Source of the DNA: an uncultured virus (IMG/VR IMGVR_UViG_3300007523_000006)
Lineage: Duplodnaviria > Heunggongvirae > Uroviricota > Caudoviricetes
Virus record (IMG/VR): IMGVR_UViG_3300007523_000006
Span: 62,001-117,344 of that record
Direction: 5' to 3' (one strand)
DNA: 55,344 bases
Numbering within the stretch: position 1 is the first letter of the stretch; every line of letters starts with the position of its first letter. The translations under genes and the position numbers were made by a program. Of the stretch, positions 45,422-55,343 are shown in pieces. The notes under the pieces were generated by a model, which did no database searches, was not told the DNA's origin, and saw only the letters and a list, made by a program, of their open reading frames with translations.

Positions 45422-46864
45422 ATGAGCAACCTACTGAGAATAGAGAACGATTACTCGTACTTCCTGTCGGAAGACCTACAGACGAAACACGAGATTTGGG
45501 ATCGTCTGAGATTCAGGGACAAGAACTACTTCCATAACCGTGCATACAAAATGCGGAAGTGGGATGGTTATATCCAATTCTTCGCTATGGAAACAGGCAA
45601 ATTTCTCACAGGGTTGCTTCCTGAAGTCACGGCTGTTCTACGACATTTCAAAATTGATTTTGTTGTAGAAGACAACCGGAAGAAAACCTCTTTTATTTAT
45701 GAAGAAGTAGATCAAAATTTCTTAAATCAATGGCTTCCAGCTAAAACATTGGGCGGCGATCCAATGAAGCCGGTTACACTACATGATTATCAAGTTGAAC
45801 TCATCAATCAAGTCCTGAAGCATCGAAGGGGCGTTATTTATGCTCCCACCAGTGCCGGTAAAACTTTCATCATGTTGGGAATCCTGAAGTCGATCCCACC
45901 AGGAACTCCCACTCTTGTTCTTCAAAACAGAGTAACGCTCGCCCAACAGAATTATGATGAAATCAACAATTGGGGTTTCAATAATGTAGGCACTCTTTGG
46001 GGTGGTGCGGTAAAACCAAATGTTATCACTGTTGCCAGCGTCCAAAGTGTTGCAAAAATTGAAAAACTTTTGCCTAAAATAAAAGTCCTCATCGTCGATG
46101 AAATCCACGATATGATGAGTGCTTTACCAAAAGCTGTATATCGTCGCTTGAAGGCTTGTGATATACGAGTTGCAGTCAGTGCTACACCATTCAAATTTGG
46201 CGGCACAGACAACGTACAGAAGTTCCACGTTCGAGGATTCTTTGGTCCTATCCTCAAAGTGAAGAGTGCAGCAACCGGCGTATTGACGACTGCCGAGCTT
46301 CAAGGGCGAGGCATTCTATCATCCAGCAAGTGTACATTCTATCCTATTTATGAACCGATGATCCCGCACGACATCTATATCGATGCCGTGACCAGAGGAA
46401 TTGCGGAGTCCTATCATTTCCATAGAATTGTAACCAGACTGGCAAAGTTACAAACCGGACGAACTTTAATTTTGGTAGATCGAGTAGCACATGGAGATGC
46501 TTTACATAATTTACTACCAGGAAGTTTATGGGTGCAAGGAAAAGACACCCAAGCCACTCGCAAGGGAGTAATTAAACAACTACAAAAAGATGAACATTGT
46601 ATTGCTATTGCGACACAACAGATATTCAACACAGGAGTGAATTGTCACATCCACAATCTTATCAACTGCGCAGGAGGTTCTGCCGAACATATGATAATTC
46701 AAAGAATGGGTAGAGGACTACGAACCGCTGCTGATAAAGCAGTTTTGAACTATTACGATTTTCTTTTCAAGATCAACGATTATCTTGAAAAACACAGCAA
46801 TGATCGTATAGCCATATTAAAAAGAGAAGGTCATGAAATTATCGTAAAAGAAATTGATTTCTAG
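45422..46864 (+). CDS. uvsW: UvsW-like SF2 DNA helicase
   Basis: WDG.I.F, DYQ, APTSAGKT, IVDEIH, SATP and IQRMGRGLR. Confidence 0.9.
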   Translation: MSNLLRIENDYSYFLSEDLQTKHEIWDRLRFRDKNYFHNRAYKMRKWDGYIQFFAMETGKFLTGLLPEVTAVLRHFKIDFVVEDNRKKTSFIYEEVDQNFLNQWLPAKTLGGDPMKPVTLHDYQVELINQVLKHRRGVIYAPTSAGKTFIMLGILKSIPPGTPTLVLQNRVTLAQQNYDEINNWGFNNVGTLWGGAVKPNVITVASVQSVAKIEKLLPKIKVLIVDEIHDMMSALPKAVYRRLKACDIRVAVSATPFKFGGTDNVQKFHVRGFFGPILKVKSAATGVLTTAELQGRGILSSSKCTFYPIYEPMIPHDIYIDAVTRGIAESYHFHRIVTRLAKLQTGRTLILVDRVAHGDALHNLLPGSLWVQGKDTQATRKGVIKQLQKDEHCIAIATQQIFNTGVNCHIHNLINCAGGSAEHMIIQRMGRGLRTAADKAVLNYYDFLFKINDYLEKHSNDRIAILKREGHEIIVKEIDF

Positions 46865-46869
46865 TCAAC

Positions 46870-47217
46870 TCAAGCATACGGGCTACAACAAAATATTGCT
46901 CAAGGAAATGCAAAGGCATAGACAAACGAAAAATCAAAAATGAAGGAATTAGACAGTGCAACAAATGCAAAGAAATATTGCCTATGTCAAACTTTGGAAA
47001 CAAAAAATGTCATTATTGCTTTGATGATCTCAATCCAACTGGAACAGGACTTGATAGAAAAGATAATGACAAAGGATACTTAATCGATAATGTGGTTTCT
47101 TGTTGTTGTACTTGCAACAGAATGAGATCGGATAAATTCAGCTACGAAGAAATGCTTGTGCTGTCTGTGACAATTAGAGCAATCAAGGAAAAAAGAGTTT
47201 CTAATGGACACTCCTGA
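46870..47217 (+). pseudogene. Degenerate HNH homing-endonuclease-like fragment
   Basis: YCSRKC...CNKCKE...CHYC...GLDRKDNDKGY..DNVVSCC..CN. No start codon for the 5' part. Confidence 0.55.
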
Positions 47218-47509
47218 TTACGAACCAGAATTCTATGAGAAACAGATCAAGATGATGGAGGACAGATACTCCAAATTGTTCAAGAAATGGAATCTCAGTT
47301 GGGATGCGTATCACAACCATGTTATCGAAAAACTCAGAAACAAACGATATTGGGTGTGGTGCTACCTGTGCGGCTTCGAGAAGTTTGTACAGGAACAAGG
47401 TGATACAAAACGGGGTCGCTGTGATCGCCTTTACAAAGATGCCGACGAACGTATCAGACGTATCGTTGGCGATTACTTCAAAATACAATATTATGTGAAA
47501 TCATTATGA
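47204..47509 (+). CDS. Hypothetical protein
   Basis: 101-aa ORF overlapping its neighbours. Confidence 0.55.
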   Translation: MDTPDYEPEFYEKQIKMMEDRYSKLFKKWNLSWDAYHNHVIEKLRNKRYWVWCYLCGFEKFVQEQGDTKRGRCDRLYKDADERIRRIVGDYFKIQYYVKSL

Positions 47510-47712
47510 TTGCATTCATTAAAAAAATACCTTCGGTGCTGTTGTTCCTTCTCCTTGCCCTTGTGTACATCACTTGTGGTTACGTGATTGGCTATCACCA
47601 AGGATATAAAGCCGGACAAGAAGATTACATCGTTTACATCAACAAGGTATTAGAAAATGCCGATGTGGGTAAAATTGATAACGCACCAGTTGATGTCAAA
47701 AAACAACCTTAA
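47506..47712 (+). CDS. Small membrane protein
   Basis: N-terminal transmembrane segment and ATGA overlap. Confidence 0.55.
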   Translation: MIAFIKKIPSVLLFLLLALVYITCGYVIGYHQGYKAGQEDYIVYINKVLENADVGKIDNAPVDVKKQP

Positions 47713-47786
47713 ACAATAGTAAAAATGTCCCCTTGGAATCCTTGCAAGCCCCGACTGTTTTGAGCGCCTTGAGGGCCTTGGAATCC

Positions 47787-49661
47787 CTAGAATCCAATCG
47801 TCGCCACTCCCAAACTAACAACCTGACCATTGGAAAATAAAGTTCCGATGTCAGATAAGTAGCCAACGGAAAAGTTATAGTCGCCTGCGTTTTTTACAAC
47901 ACTATTTGCCTCGAAAAACACATATTGAACTGCCGATCCCTCAGATGTTATGTACAACAGCGTTCCTATGCCTAAGCGATCAAGAACTCCTTGTTGTCCA
48001 ACTCCATTTCTATCTGTTCTTGAAATATCCACATTAGTCACCGAAGACTTAGTGGCATGGTTGAATCTAATTTCACCTGAAGCCGCTGCCATTGTTGTGC
48101 TAGTGTTAAATGTATATGGAACGACAAATCCAACCATGACGGTGCCTTGGAAGCCTTGTGTTCCCTGACTGCCTTTCGTTGCTTGATTACCCTGAAATCC
48201 TTGGTTACCCTGCGGTCCTTGATGTCCTTGACGACCTTGGCTCCCAATAAACCCTTGTAATCCTTGTGATCCCGCTAGACCCTGATTGCCTTGGCTTCCT
48301 TGGCTTCCTTGATTACCTTGCCGACCTTGGTTGCCTTGAGAGCCTTGCGACCCTTGAGGACTACTGCCCTGGTTCCCCTGGTTCCCCTGGTTTCCTTGAC
48401 GACCTTGGTTGCCTTGAGAGCCTGTGGCTCCGATAACGCCTTGGTTGCCTTGAGAGCCTTGCGACCCTTGAGGACTGCTGCCCTGGTTTCCTTGTGAACC
48501 TTGATTTCCCTGAGTTCCCTGGTTGCCTTGAAAGCCACGGTTGCCTTGATTTCCCTGAAAACCTTGGTTTCCCTGAGAATCTACTCCTTGGTTTCCTACA
48601 AAACCTTGATTGCCTTGGTTGCCCTGATTGCCAATGTTACCCGCACTACCAACTGCTCCCTGCAATCCTGTCGGGCCATTGATCCATTCGAGTTGGGTAG
48701 TATCGGAATTCGTCTGCATATAGATATCGCCGCTATCGACACAAGCATAAACATTACCGTTTGCAGTGGCAGTCATACCAATCCAATTTCTCGAAGTTTG
48801 GCTTAGTGCAACGAAGTTCCCTGCTCCATTTGTCTGCATATAGATATCGCCAACCCAAACAGCAGCGTAAACATTGCCGTTTGGAGCGGTAGTCATGCCG
48901 TCCCAACCTCTAGTAGTCTGGCTTAGCGTAACGAAGCTACCTACTCCACCAGTCTGCATATAAATATCGCCGTTAAAGACACAAGCATAAACATTACCGT
49001 TTGAAGCGGTAGTCATGGCATACCAATTTCTAGTAGTCTGGCTTAGTGCAACGAAGTTCCCTGCTCCACCAGTCTGCATAAAAATATCACCGCCCCAGAC
49101 ACAAGCATAAACATTACCGTTTGGAGCCGTAGTCATGCCGAACCAAGCTCTCGCAGTCTGGCTTAGAGCAACGAAGTTCCCTACTCCGCCAGTCTGCATA
49201 TAGATATCGCCGTTGTTGACACCAGCATAAACATTGCCGTTTGGAGCGGCAGTCAGAACAGTCCACTGCCTAGTAGTCTGGCTTAGCGTAACGAAGTTGC
49301 CTGCTCCACCAGTCTGCATAAAGATATCGTCATTATAGACGCAAGCATAAACATTACCGTTTGGAGCGGTAGTCATGCCATACCACCGCCTAGTAGTCTG
49401 GCTTAGTCCATCGAAAACAATGCTTCCGGGATAGCCCATAACTTGGCCAGGACTACCAACTGTGTTTGCAAATTGATATTGACTCTGAACCCCTAAAGTC
49501 ACTGCTTGGAAATTGCCCATAGAGACAATATTGCCAAATCTAACAGCCACATTAGACGGACTTGGAGAATCAACACTTAGGTCCGGGTCATACCAATACT
49601 GCACCTTATATTGATTGATTAAACTGGCTTCGGAATCAAATATAGATACAGATAATGTCAT
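47787..49661 (-). CDS. Collagen-like fibre protein with six 40-aa beta-propeller-like repeats
   Basis: (G-x-Q)n tract. Six repeats of LSQTTR.W..MT.APNGNVYA.V..GDI.MQT.G.G.F at about 48700-49410. Confidence 0.8.
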   Translation of the reverse strand: MTLSVSIFDSEASLINQYKVQYWYDPDLSVDSPSPSNVAVRFGNIVSMGNFQAVTLGVQSQYQFANTVGSPGQVMGYPGSIVFDGLSQTTRRWYGMTTAPNGNVYACVYNDDIFMQTGGAGNFVTLSQTTRQWTVLTAAPNGNVYAGVNNGDIYMQTGGVGNFVALSQTARAWFGMTTAPNGNVYACVWGGDIFMQTGGAGNFVALSQTTRNWYAMTTASNGNVYACVFNGDIYMQTGGVGSFVTLSQTTRGWDGMTTAPNGNVYAAVWVGDIYMQTNGAGNFVALSQTSRNWIGMTATANGNVYACVDSGDIYMQTNSDTTQLEWINGPTGLQGAVGSAGNIGNQGNQGNQGFVGNQGVDSQGNQGFQGNQGNRGFQGNQGTQGNQGSQGNQGSSPQGSQGSQGNQGVIGATGSQGNQGRQGNQGNQGNQGSSPQGSQGSQGNQGRQGNQGSQGSQGNQGLAGSQGLQGFIGSQGRQGHQGPQGNQGFQGNQATKGSQGTQGFQGTVMVGFVVPYTFNTSTTMAAASGEIRFNHATKSSVTNVDISRTDRNGVGQQGVLDRLGIGTLLYITSEGSAVQYVFFEANSVVKNAGDYNFSVGYLSDIGTLFSNGQVVSLGVATIGF

Positions 49662-50617
49662 GCGTTGTTGTTATCCAGCAACAATAAAGGAAAGCCGCCC
49701 ACCCATGCTGCTTGCGCCGCAATTGTTGCTGCTGGGTTGGTCAAAGCACCGGCAGACACGGCGAATTGGGCATATCCACCATCCATGAAGCCATTATCAA
49801 TGTTAATCGAACCGGGCCATGCTTTGGGCAATACTACTATTTGTCCCGTGGTTGCAGCAAGGCTCGGTCCACAACACAACATGCCTGCTGTTGTGCTTGT
49901 TGTGCTGGCCGACACGGCCATAAAATACAATTGGTCCTTGGACAGCGTTAGAGCAAGATCATCGCCAACTTTGCCCCATGTGCTCGCCGTTGTGGTAATC
50001 GACATTTGCCCCGTCAATCTTTCCAACGTATCGCCGTTGTAGATCGCAGTTTGGTAAATTCCTGTGACATTACCAACGCCATAGAATCGAATCGTGTTTA
50101 CTATAATATTTTTTGGCGGTCTAAAATAGCTAATTCGGGCAATGGTGTTTGTTATATTGGTGGGTGTTGCTGCGATAGTGCCAGACATCTGAGCCATGCG
50201 CATGCCTTGCTGTGGATCGCTCCTGCCATAAGTCCAATGCAATTGTCCTTGCCAAGAATCGACAACGGATAAACCAGTATCAGATAAGTTGAAACCACTC
50301 TCAGCAAAATAGGTTATTGTGCCACTGGGTCCAATAGATATTTCTTTATACAGATTTTTTGAATTTGTCCCGTCATGGTGTAGGATTGTGACCACCACCG
50401 ATGTCGTGTCGTCATTTGATATAATCAAACTTTTGACATTTCTTGTGCCTGATGATGGGCTGCTAACAACTGTTGTTGTTGTAGCACTTGAAATCGTTGT
50501 TGTTTGTCGTCCTGGAACAACCGTAGTATCATAATCCATGTAGCTTGAGTAAACACTCAAGCTAGTGGTGGTTGCCGTAGTGATCCGAATAGTATCAGTA
50601 GTTGCTAGGATAATCAT
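49658..50617 (-). CDS. Thr/Ser-rich putative virion structural protein
   Basis: Beta-rich composition, position between the fibre genes, and TAGATA-N4-ATG start. Confidence 0.65.
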   Translation of the reverse strand: MIILATTDTIRITTATTTSLSVYSSYMDYDTTVVPGRQTTTISSATTTTVVSSPSSGTRNVKSLIISNDDTTSVVVTILHHDGTNSKNLYKEISIGPSGTITYFAESGFNLSDTGLSVVDSWQGQLHWTYGRSDPQQGMRMAQMSGTIAATPTNITNTIARISYFRPPKNIIVNTIRFYGVGNVTGIYQTAIYNGDTLERLTGQMSITTTASTWGKVGDDLALTLSKDQLYFMAVSASTTSTTAGMLCCGPSLAATTGQIVVLPKAWPGSINIDNGFMDGGYAQFAVSAGALTNPAATIAAQAAWVGGFPLLLLDNNNA

Positions 50618-50661
50618 GCTGTATCTATATGCCCTTCAAAATTTTGTGAAATACAATCTTA

Positions 50662-51969
50662 TTATGGTCCGCACCATTCGCCTTGGTGTCCTTGGTAGCC
50701 CTTATCGCCCTGGAAGCCTTGGTAACCTTGGTAGCCCTGATGACCTTGGTATCCAATAATTGCGACACCTAATCCAATATTGGCCGAGTTTGAAAACAAC
50801 GAGCCTCCATTTGATAGGTATCCAACAGAAAAGTTATATTCTGTTGCGTTTTTCGTAACACTATTCGCCTGGAAAAAAGCGTGCTGCGTTGCAGTGATTT
50901 CAGAAGAAAATCTCATTAAAGTCCCAGACGCCATTCTATCGAGAATAGATTGATGACCAATTCCATTGCGGTCAGTTCTGGATACGTCGATATTAGTGAC
51001 AGCGGCTACTGTGGAATTATTGAATCGAATTTCACCTGTTGCCGATGACATCGCTGTGTTAGTGTTAAAGGTGTATGGCAAGCCAAAACCCAATCCAGAT
51101 ATACCTTGGTTGCCCTGATTTCCGGTTAACCCTTGATTGCCTTGGAATCCTTGATTGCCTTGTAATCCTTGACTGCCTTGATTCCCCTGGTTGCCTTGTA
51201 ACCCTTGATTTCCGGTCAACCCTTGGTTTCCTTGATTTCCTTGATTGCCTTGGTTTCCTTGATTTCCTTGATTGCCTTGATTGCCTTGAAAACCCTGTGA
51301 ACCAGTTACACCAGCCGTGCCTTGATTGCCTTGTGAACCTTGATTTCCTTGGTTTCCTTGATTTCCTTGATTGCCTTGGTTTCCTTGATTTCCTTGATTG
51401 CCTTGATTACCCTGAAAGCCAATTGTTCCTGACGCTCCTTGATTTCCCTGAAAGCCTTGATTGCCCTGATTTCCTTGCGTTCCTTGATTTCCCTGATTTC
51501 CTTGTAAACCTTGTAAACCTTGATTACCCTGAAAGCCAACTGTTCCTGACGCTCCCTGAAAGCCTTGATTGCCCTGATCTCCTTGCGTTCCTTGATTTTT
51601 TCCTTGTAAACCTTGTGCGCCAATGCTGGTATCGACCCAAGCTAATTGACTGACGCCTTGATAACCAATGGCTTGTCCTGCGGTGCCTACAGTTGTAGGA
51701 AATTGATACTGGCTCTGTACGCCAATTGATGCTGCTTGAACATTGCCCAAAGAAATCATCGCACCAGTGCGCATCAACATATGCACTTCGGTAGTGGTTA
51801 GTTCAAGGCTGTCTTTAGCCATCACTAAGTCACTGAGAGCTTGTATAAAGCCATCAGCGTCTACTGAATCAATCTCTATGTTCTGGGGGTGAGTCGAAAC
51901 GACGGTGCCATTCTCGTCAACCACCAAGTAGGTTGCTGTTAGCACTGGTTTAGTTATTACAATTGGCAT
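50662..51969 (-). CDS. Collagen-like fibre protein, paralogue of 47787..49661
   Basis: (GNQ)n tract. Shares GVQSQYQF and PYTFNT...GEIRFN...SRTDRNG segments with the paralogue. Confidence 0.8.
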   Translation of the reverse strand: MPIVITKPVLTATYLVVDENGTVVSTHPQNIEIDSVDADGFIQALSDLVMAKDSLELTTTEVHMLMRTGAMISLGNVQAASIGVQSQYQFPTTVGTAGQAIGYQGVSQLAWVDTSIGAQGLQGKNQGTQGDQGNQGFQGASGTVGFQGNQGLQGLQGNQGNQGTQGNQGNQGFQGNQGASGTIGFQGNQGNQGNQGNQGNQGNQGNQGNQGSQGNQGTAGVTGSQGFQGNQGNQGNQGNQGNQGNQGNQGLTGNQGLQGNQGNQGSQGLQGNQGFQGNQGLTGNQGNQGISGLGFGLPYTFNTNTAMSSATGEIRFNNSTVAAVTNIDVSRTDRNGIGHQSILDRMASGTLMRFSSEITATQHAFFQANSVTKNATEYNFSVGYLSNGGSLFSNSANIGLGVAIIGYQGHQGYQGYQGFQGDKGYQGHQGEWCGP

Positions 51970-52036
51970 TCTATGATTTCTCCACTCTCTTAAAGCAGCG
52001 TCAAGCAGTCGTTTTATATAGTGGAGTTCGGAAAAA

Positions 52037-52933
52037 ATGATGCCAAATTACGATCCTGAACATTTATGGTGGGAACCATACAAGCAGCACCCGAAAAAAA
52101 GCAGGATAATCCCGAAAATTATTCATCAGATGTGGATTGGAGAAAATCCACCAATGAATCTTATAAACACCTGGAAAGAGCAAAATCCTGAGTGGCGGCA
52201 CATATTGTGGACGGACAAAACACTCAAAGAGTGGAAATTTCGTAATCAAGACAAACTTGACCATATGTCCGAACCTAACGGCAAATGTGATATTATGCGA
52301 TATGAAATACTTTATCGCATGGGTGGTTTTTTCGTGGACGCCGACACAATTTGTATTAGGCCGTTAGAGGAAAAGCTGTTCGAGTACGATTGTGTGTCGG
52401 TATATGAAGGCGAAAAACAACGTGGTGGCTTGATCGCTTGCGGTTTCATGGCTTGTCAGCCTCGATGCGAACTAATGAAACTCTGCATTGAAGGAATCGA
52501 AAAAGTCGCAAGTCCGGCGTGGTGGCATGTGGGTCCAGCTTATTTCACCCACATTGTAAAAATCCACAAATATCCAATCAGAATCTATCCATCTCATTAT
52601 TTCATACCAAAACACTACGCTGGTCCAATGTACAAAGGCCCTGGACCTGTTTTTTGCGATCACCTTTGGGGAGTAACCTATGAAGGAGGATATGAGCGAT
52701 TTGTTGGTCTTATGCCAAAGAATCGGACAATCCAAGTTCAGCAGCCAAAAGTTCAGCAGCGTCAGCCAAGGCTTCAAATGGCTGGTATTTGCCGTCGTAT
52801 GGGTATTTTATGTCAATCCCGATACATGATACAGGATCATACATCAAATCAATCTCTTGAGCATGATGGTCAACCGTGTAGCCGAGTGCCAAACTCTGCA
52901 ACTCAGGTAATGAAGGTGCGATCCCCTTCTTAG
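52037..52933 (+). CDS. GT32 (OCH1-like) glycosyltransferase
   Basis: IPKIIHQMWIG, DIMRYEILY..GGFFVDAD and GP. The 3' tail overlaps the convergent gene by about 224 nt. Confidence 0.85.
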   Translation: MMPNYDPEHLWWEPYKQHPKKSRIIPKIIHQMWIGENPPMNLINTWKEQNPEWRHILWTDKTLKEWKFRNQDKLDHMSEPNGKCDIMRYEILYRMGGFFVDADTICIRPLEEKLFEYDCVSVYEGEKQRGGLIACGFMACQPRCELMKLCIEGIEKVASPAWWHVGPAYFTHIVKIHKYPIRIYPSHYFIPKHYAGPMYKGPGPVFCDHLWGVTYEGGYERFVGLMPKNRTIQVQQPKVQQRQPRLQMAGICRRMGILCQSRYMIQDHTSNQSLEHDGQPCSRVPNSATQVMKVRSPS

Positions 52934-53627
52934 CACGATCAAAGAACATTTTCCAATGCGACCAATCTGGTCGTAGCCCTCTATTTGCTGGATTGGCTAA
53001 TTTTGCTGTCCATCCAACGAGGGCTTTTTTCATGAATTGGTCTGCTGACCGAATGGGAAAATGAGCCAGATGCAGATGTGGTGAAATCACCATTCGCAAT
53101 ACGCCGTCTCCCAAATAAACCTCGTGACACCCCTCTCGCATATGTGTATTCATGTCCAATATTGGACCTGGAATCATTGTTTTGTGCTGATTAGGATTGA
53201 TGTGTTTATTGCGATAGCAGATGTCCCTCAAAATATGAAAATTATCCTCTTTGGTCGGAGCATAGTTCCACCACAATGCCGAAAGAGTGCATGGATAGTT
53301 TTTTGGCAAATCATGAGCAGCCTGTCGAATGTCTCCCACAACGAACTCATCAGCGTCTATTGCCATCAACACAGAAGGCTTGTGTTTCTCTCGAACCTCT
53401 TTAAGAAGACTTGTCATGGCCTCGCCCTGAGCGTGGTAAAAAGAAGTTGACTGAGTCACCGTCAGTGGCAGTCCCTCTTTAACCAAGGCGGCAAGGATGT
53501 CTGAAGTGCCGTCTTTGCTTAGATGGTCGATGATAAACACATGATCGAAAATTATAGCATGATACCTGACAAACAATTCAATGATGTCAGCTTCGTTGCG
53601 AACAATACTTATAACAGCACTTTTCAT
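52710..53627 (-). CDS. GT2-family glycosyltransferase
   Basis: VRNEADII, IIDHLSKDGT, IDADEF and HFPIRS. Confidence 0.85.
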   Translation of the reverse strand: MKSAVISIVRNEADIIELFVRYHAIIFDHVFIIDHLSKDGTSDILAALVKEGLPLTVTQSTSFYHAQGEAMTSLLKEVREKHKPSVLMAIDADEFVVGDIRQAAHDLPKNYPCTLSALWWNYAPTKEDNFHILRDICYRNKHINPNQHKTMIPGPILDMNTHMREGCHEVYLGDGVLRMVISPHLHLAHFPIRSADQFMKKALVGWTAKLANPANRGLRPDWSHWKMFFDRAKKGIAPSLPELQSLALGYTVDHHAQEIDLMYDPVSCIGIDIKYPYDGKYQPFEALADAAELLAAELGLSDSLA

Positions 53628-54691
53628 GGTAGCTTAATGCCCTTCTTTTTCAACAATGATTGTTGAATGAAATGACCCCAATGCTGGGACATAAACTTAT
53701 CATGCCACGGCAATATTTCTTTGCTAATTCCCCGTGACATATTAAAAAGAATCTCTGGATTATCTTTTAAGAAAAGAATCTTCTCTGCACAGGCTTCGGC
53801 ATTGCGATCAATGATGAATAAATTTTTGAAGTAATCGCAATAACCAACCTTAGTCATAATAGGAACACACCCACATGCGGCAGCTTCGTGTAGAGTGCAT
53901 GGACCACCTTCAGAAATAGACAAGCAAACGAACACCTGACATTCATTGTACAATGAATTCATTTCTTCTGGAGTCCGCTTGTTGTTGAATGAATCGGTAA
54001 GAATCTCAACAAATTCAATGTCGGTTCGATGGGCGAGTAATTCTTTAACCCGTTGCCAGATCGGATAACCCTTGTGATCCAATCGAACAATGCTCGACGA
54101 AAAGAAAACCTTGAACTTTCTTTTCTGAATTGGCATGTCAGGACCAAATACATGCAAATCTACACCATCAAATGTTGTGTAGATATTGCTGAATCCTGCT
54201 TTGGAAAAATTTTCGTATGCCCAAGGATTGTTGACAGACAAGGCATTGAATACAGCATATCTTCTCAGATCGTTTTGAATCAACTCCAAAGGAGTAACCT
54301 CGTTCTGAGTCAGAATAAACTGCGTGCCTTTTTTGTTTTGGTCGGCAACAAAAGCAAACCAACGATCATAACCAGGGACGTTATAGCCGTGAAGATGCCA
54401 AATCACATCGTACTTTTTTTGTCTCATCATATCTTCCCAATAACCAAATTCAGGGGCGAGATCACAACGAGCGTAGCCGATGTCTATTTCAAATTGTGGC
54501 AGATACTTTCTGTATTGATGTCCTTTAATGTCGAAGCTCCAGTTGGGAACATCAGCAACATAAAGCACTTTTGGCTTAATGGAATATTCAAATAAATGAG
54601 GCGGATTTAGATTGAATAAAGTGGTTTCTTGACTCATTAGGTTCAAAGCCCTTTTTCTTTGGCGCAGAAGCCAGTGCTGGCGGTAATTCAA
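53624..54691 (-). CDS. GT-B (GT4-like) glycosyltransferase
   Basis: GVDL..F, HKG and S.SEGGP.TLHEAAACG..PIMT.VG. Start is uncertain (possibly 54637). Confidence 0.8.
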   Translation of the reverse strand: MNYRQHWLLRQRKRALNLMSQETTLFNLNPPHLFEYSIKPKVLYVADVPNWSFDIKGHQYRKYLPQFEIDIGYARCDLAPEFGYWEDMMRQKKYDVIWHLHGYNVPGYDRWFAFVADQNKKGTQFILTQNEVTPLELIQNDLRRYAVFNALSVNNPWAYENFSKAGFSNIYTTFDGVDLHVFGPDMPIQKRKFKVFFSSSIVRLDHKGYPIWQRVKELLAHRTDIEFVEILTDSFNNKRTPEEMNSLYNECQVFVCLSISEGGPCTLHEAAACGCVPIMTKVGYCDYFKNLFIIDRNAEACAEKILFLKDNPEILFNMSRGISKEILPWHDKFMSQHWGHFIQQSLLKKKGIKLP

Positions 54692-55064
54692 ACGGATATT
54701 CTACATCCGGCATGTGATTGTACCCCTTCATGTCTTTCAAGAAGGAATCAACTTGCTGGTCTGTGTAACCGAGTAGTTCTCCAATTCTTTTGTGAATTGG
54801 TTTACAATTCATACCGCCATAGCCTCGTTTACAAAACACATCGCACCTACCATGCAGCATTTGATTGACACGGCCTATGATTTCTGGAGCGACATTGCCG
54901 TGATCGGCAGAAGTGAGGAAATCCAAATAATATTGACATTGATAGACCTTCCACAATTCTTCGGCGGCTGCACGTCCTCCAACTATGATATTTGTTCTTG
55001 AATATCCTGGCAAATTCATGTGAATAATATGAAAATCAGGCCGCACTTTAATGCCATGCGTCAA
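54588..55064 (-). CDS. Hypothetical protein
   Basis: H.RIGELLGY motif; start uncertain. Confidence 0.5.
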   Translation of the reverse strand: MTHGIKVRPDFHIIHMNLPGYSRTNIIVGGRAAAEELWKVYQCQYYLDFLTSADHGNVAPEIIGRVNQMLHGRCDVFCKRGYGGMNCKPIHKRIGELLGYTDQQVDSFLKDMKGYNHMPDVEYPFELPPALASAPKKKGFEPNESRNHFIQSKSASFI

Positions 55065-55067
55065 TAA

Positions 55068-55343
55068 TTATGCCTGAATGCGACCAAGGTTGCCAAAATC
55101 CTTCTTGATCGCATCAGCGACAACGGATGAGGCGGGACTTTCGGGATGATAGTCATAACGCACAATAGCGGCTGGTTTAAGCCCCAATATGGCAGCGATT
55201 AGATGATCGCCAGAATGCGGCCCAGGCTTGTAGGTTGCCTGAGTATGGTAAATGCGTGCCTGAGCCTCTGGAGAAAGTTCCAGGGCTTCTGCAAAGGTTA
55301 CGACATGACCCTGATCGAGTCTGAAGACCTCGCTGACAACCAA
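55068..55343 (-). CDS. 3' end of a CDS cut by the window edge
   Basis: Reading frame is open to the window end. Confidence 0.5.
   Translation of the reverse strand: MVVSEVFRLDQGHVVTFAEALELSPEAQARIYHTQATYKPGPHSGDHLIAAILGLKPAAIVRYDYHPESPASSVVADAIKKDFGNLGRIQA

Noticed and set aside
48700..49410. Diversity-generating retroelement template/variable repeat pair
   Set aside because: The repeats are in-frame tandem coding units, the differences are not restricted to adenines, and no reverse transcriptase is present in the window.
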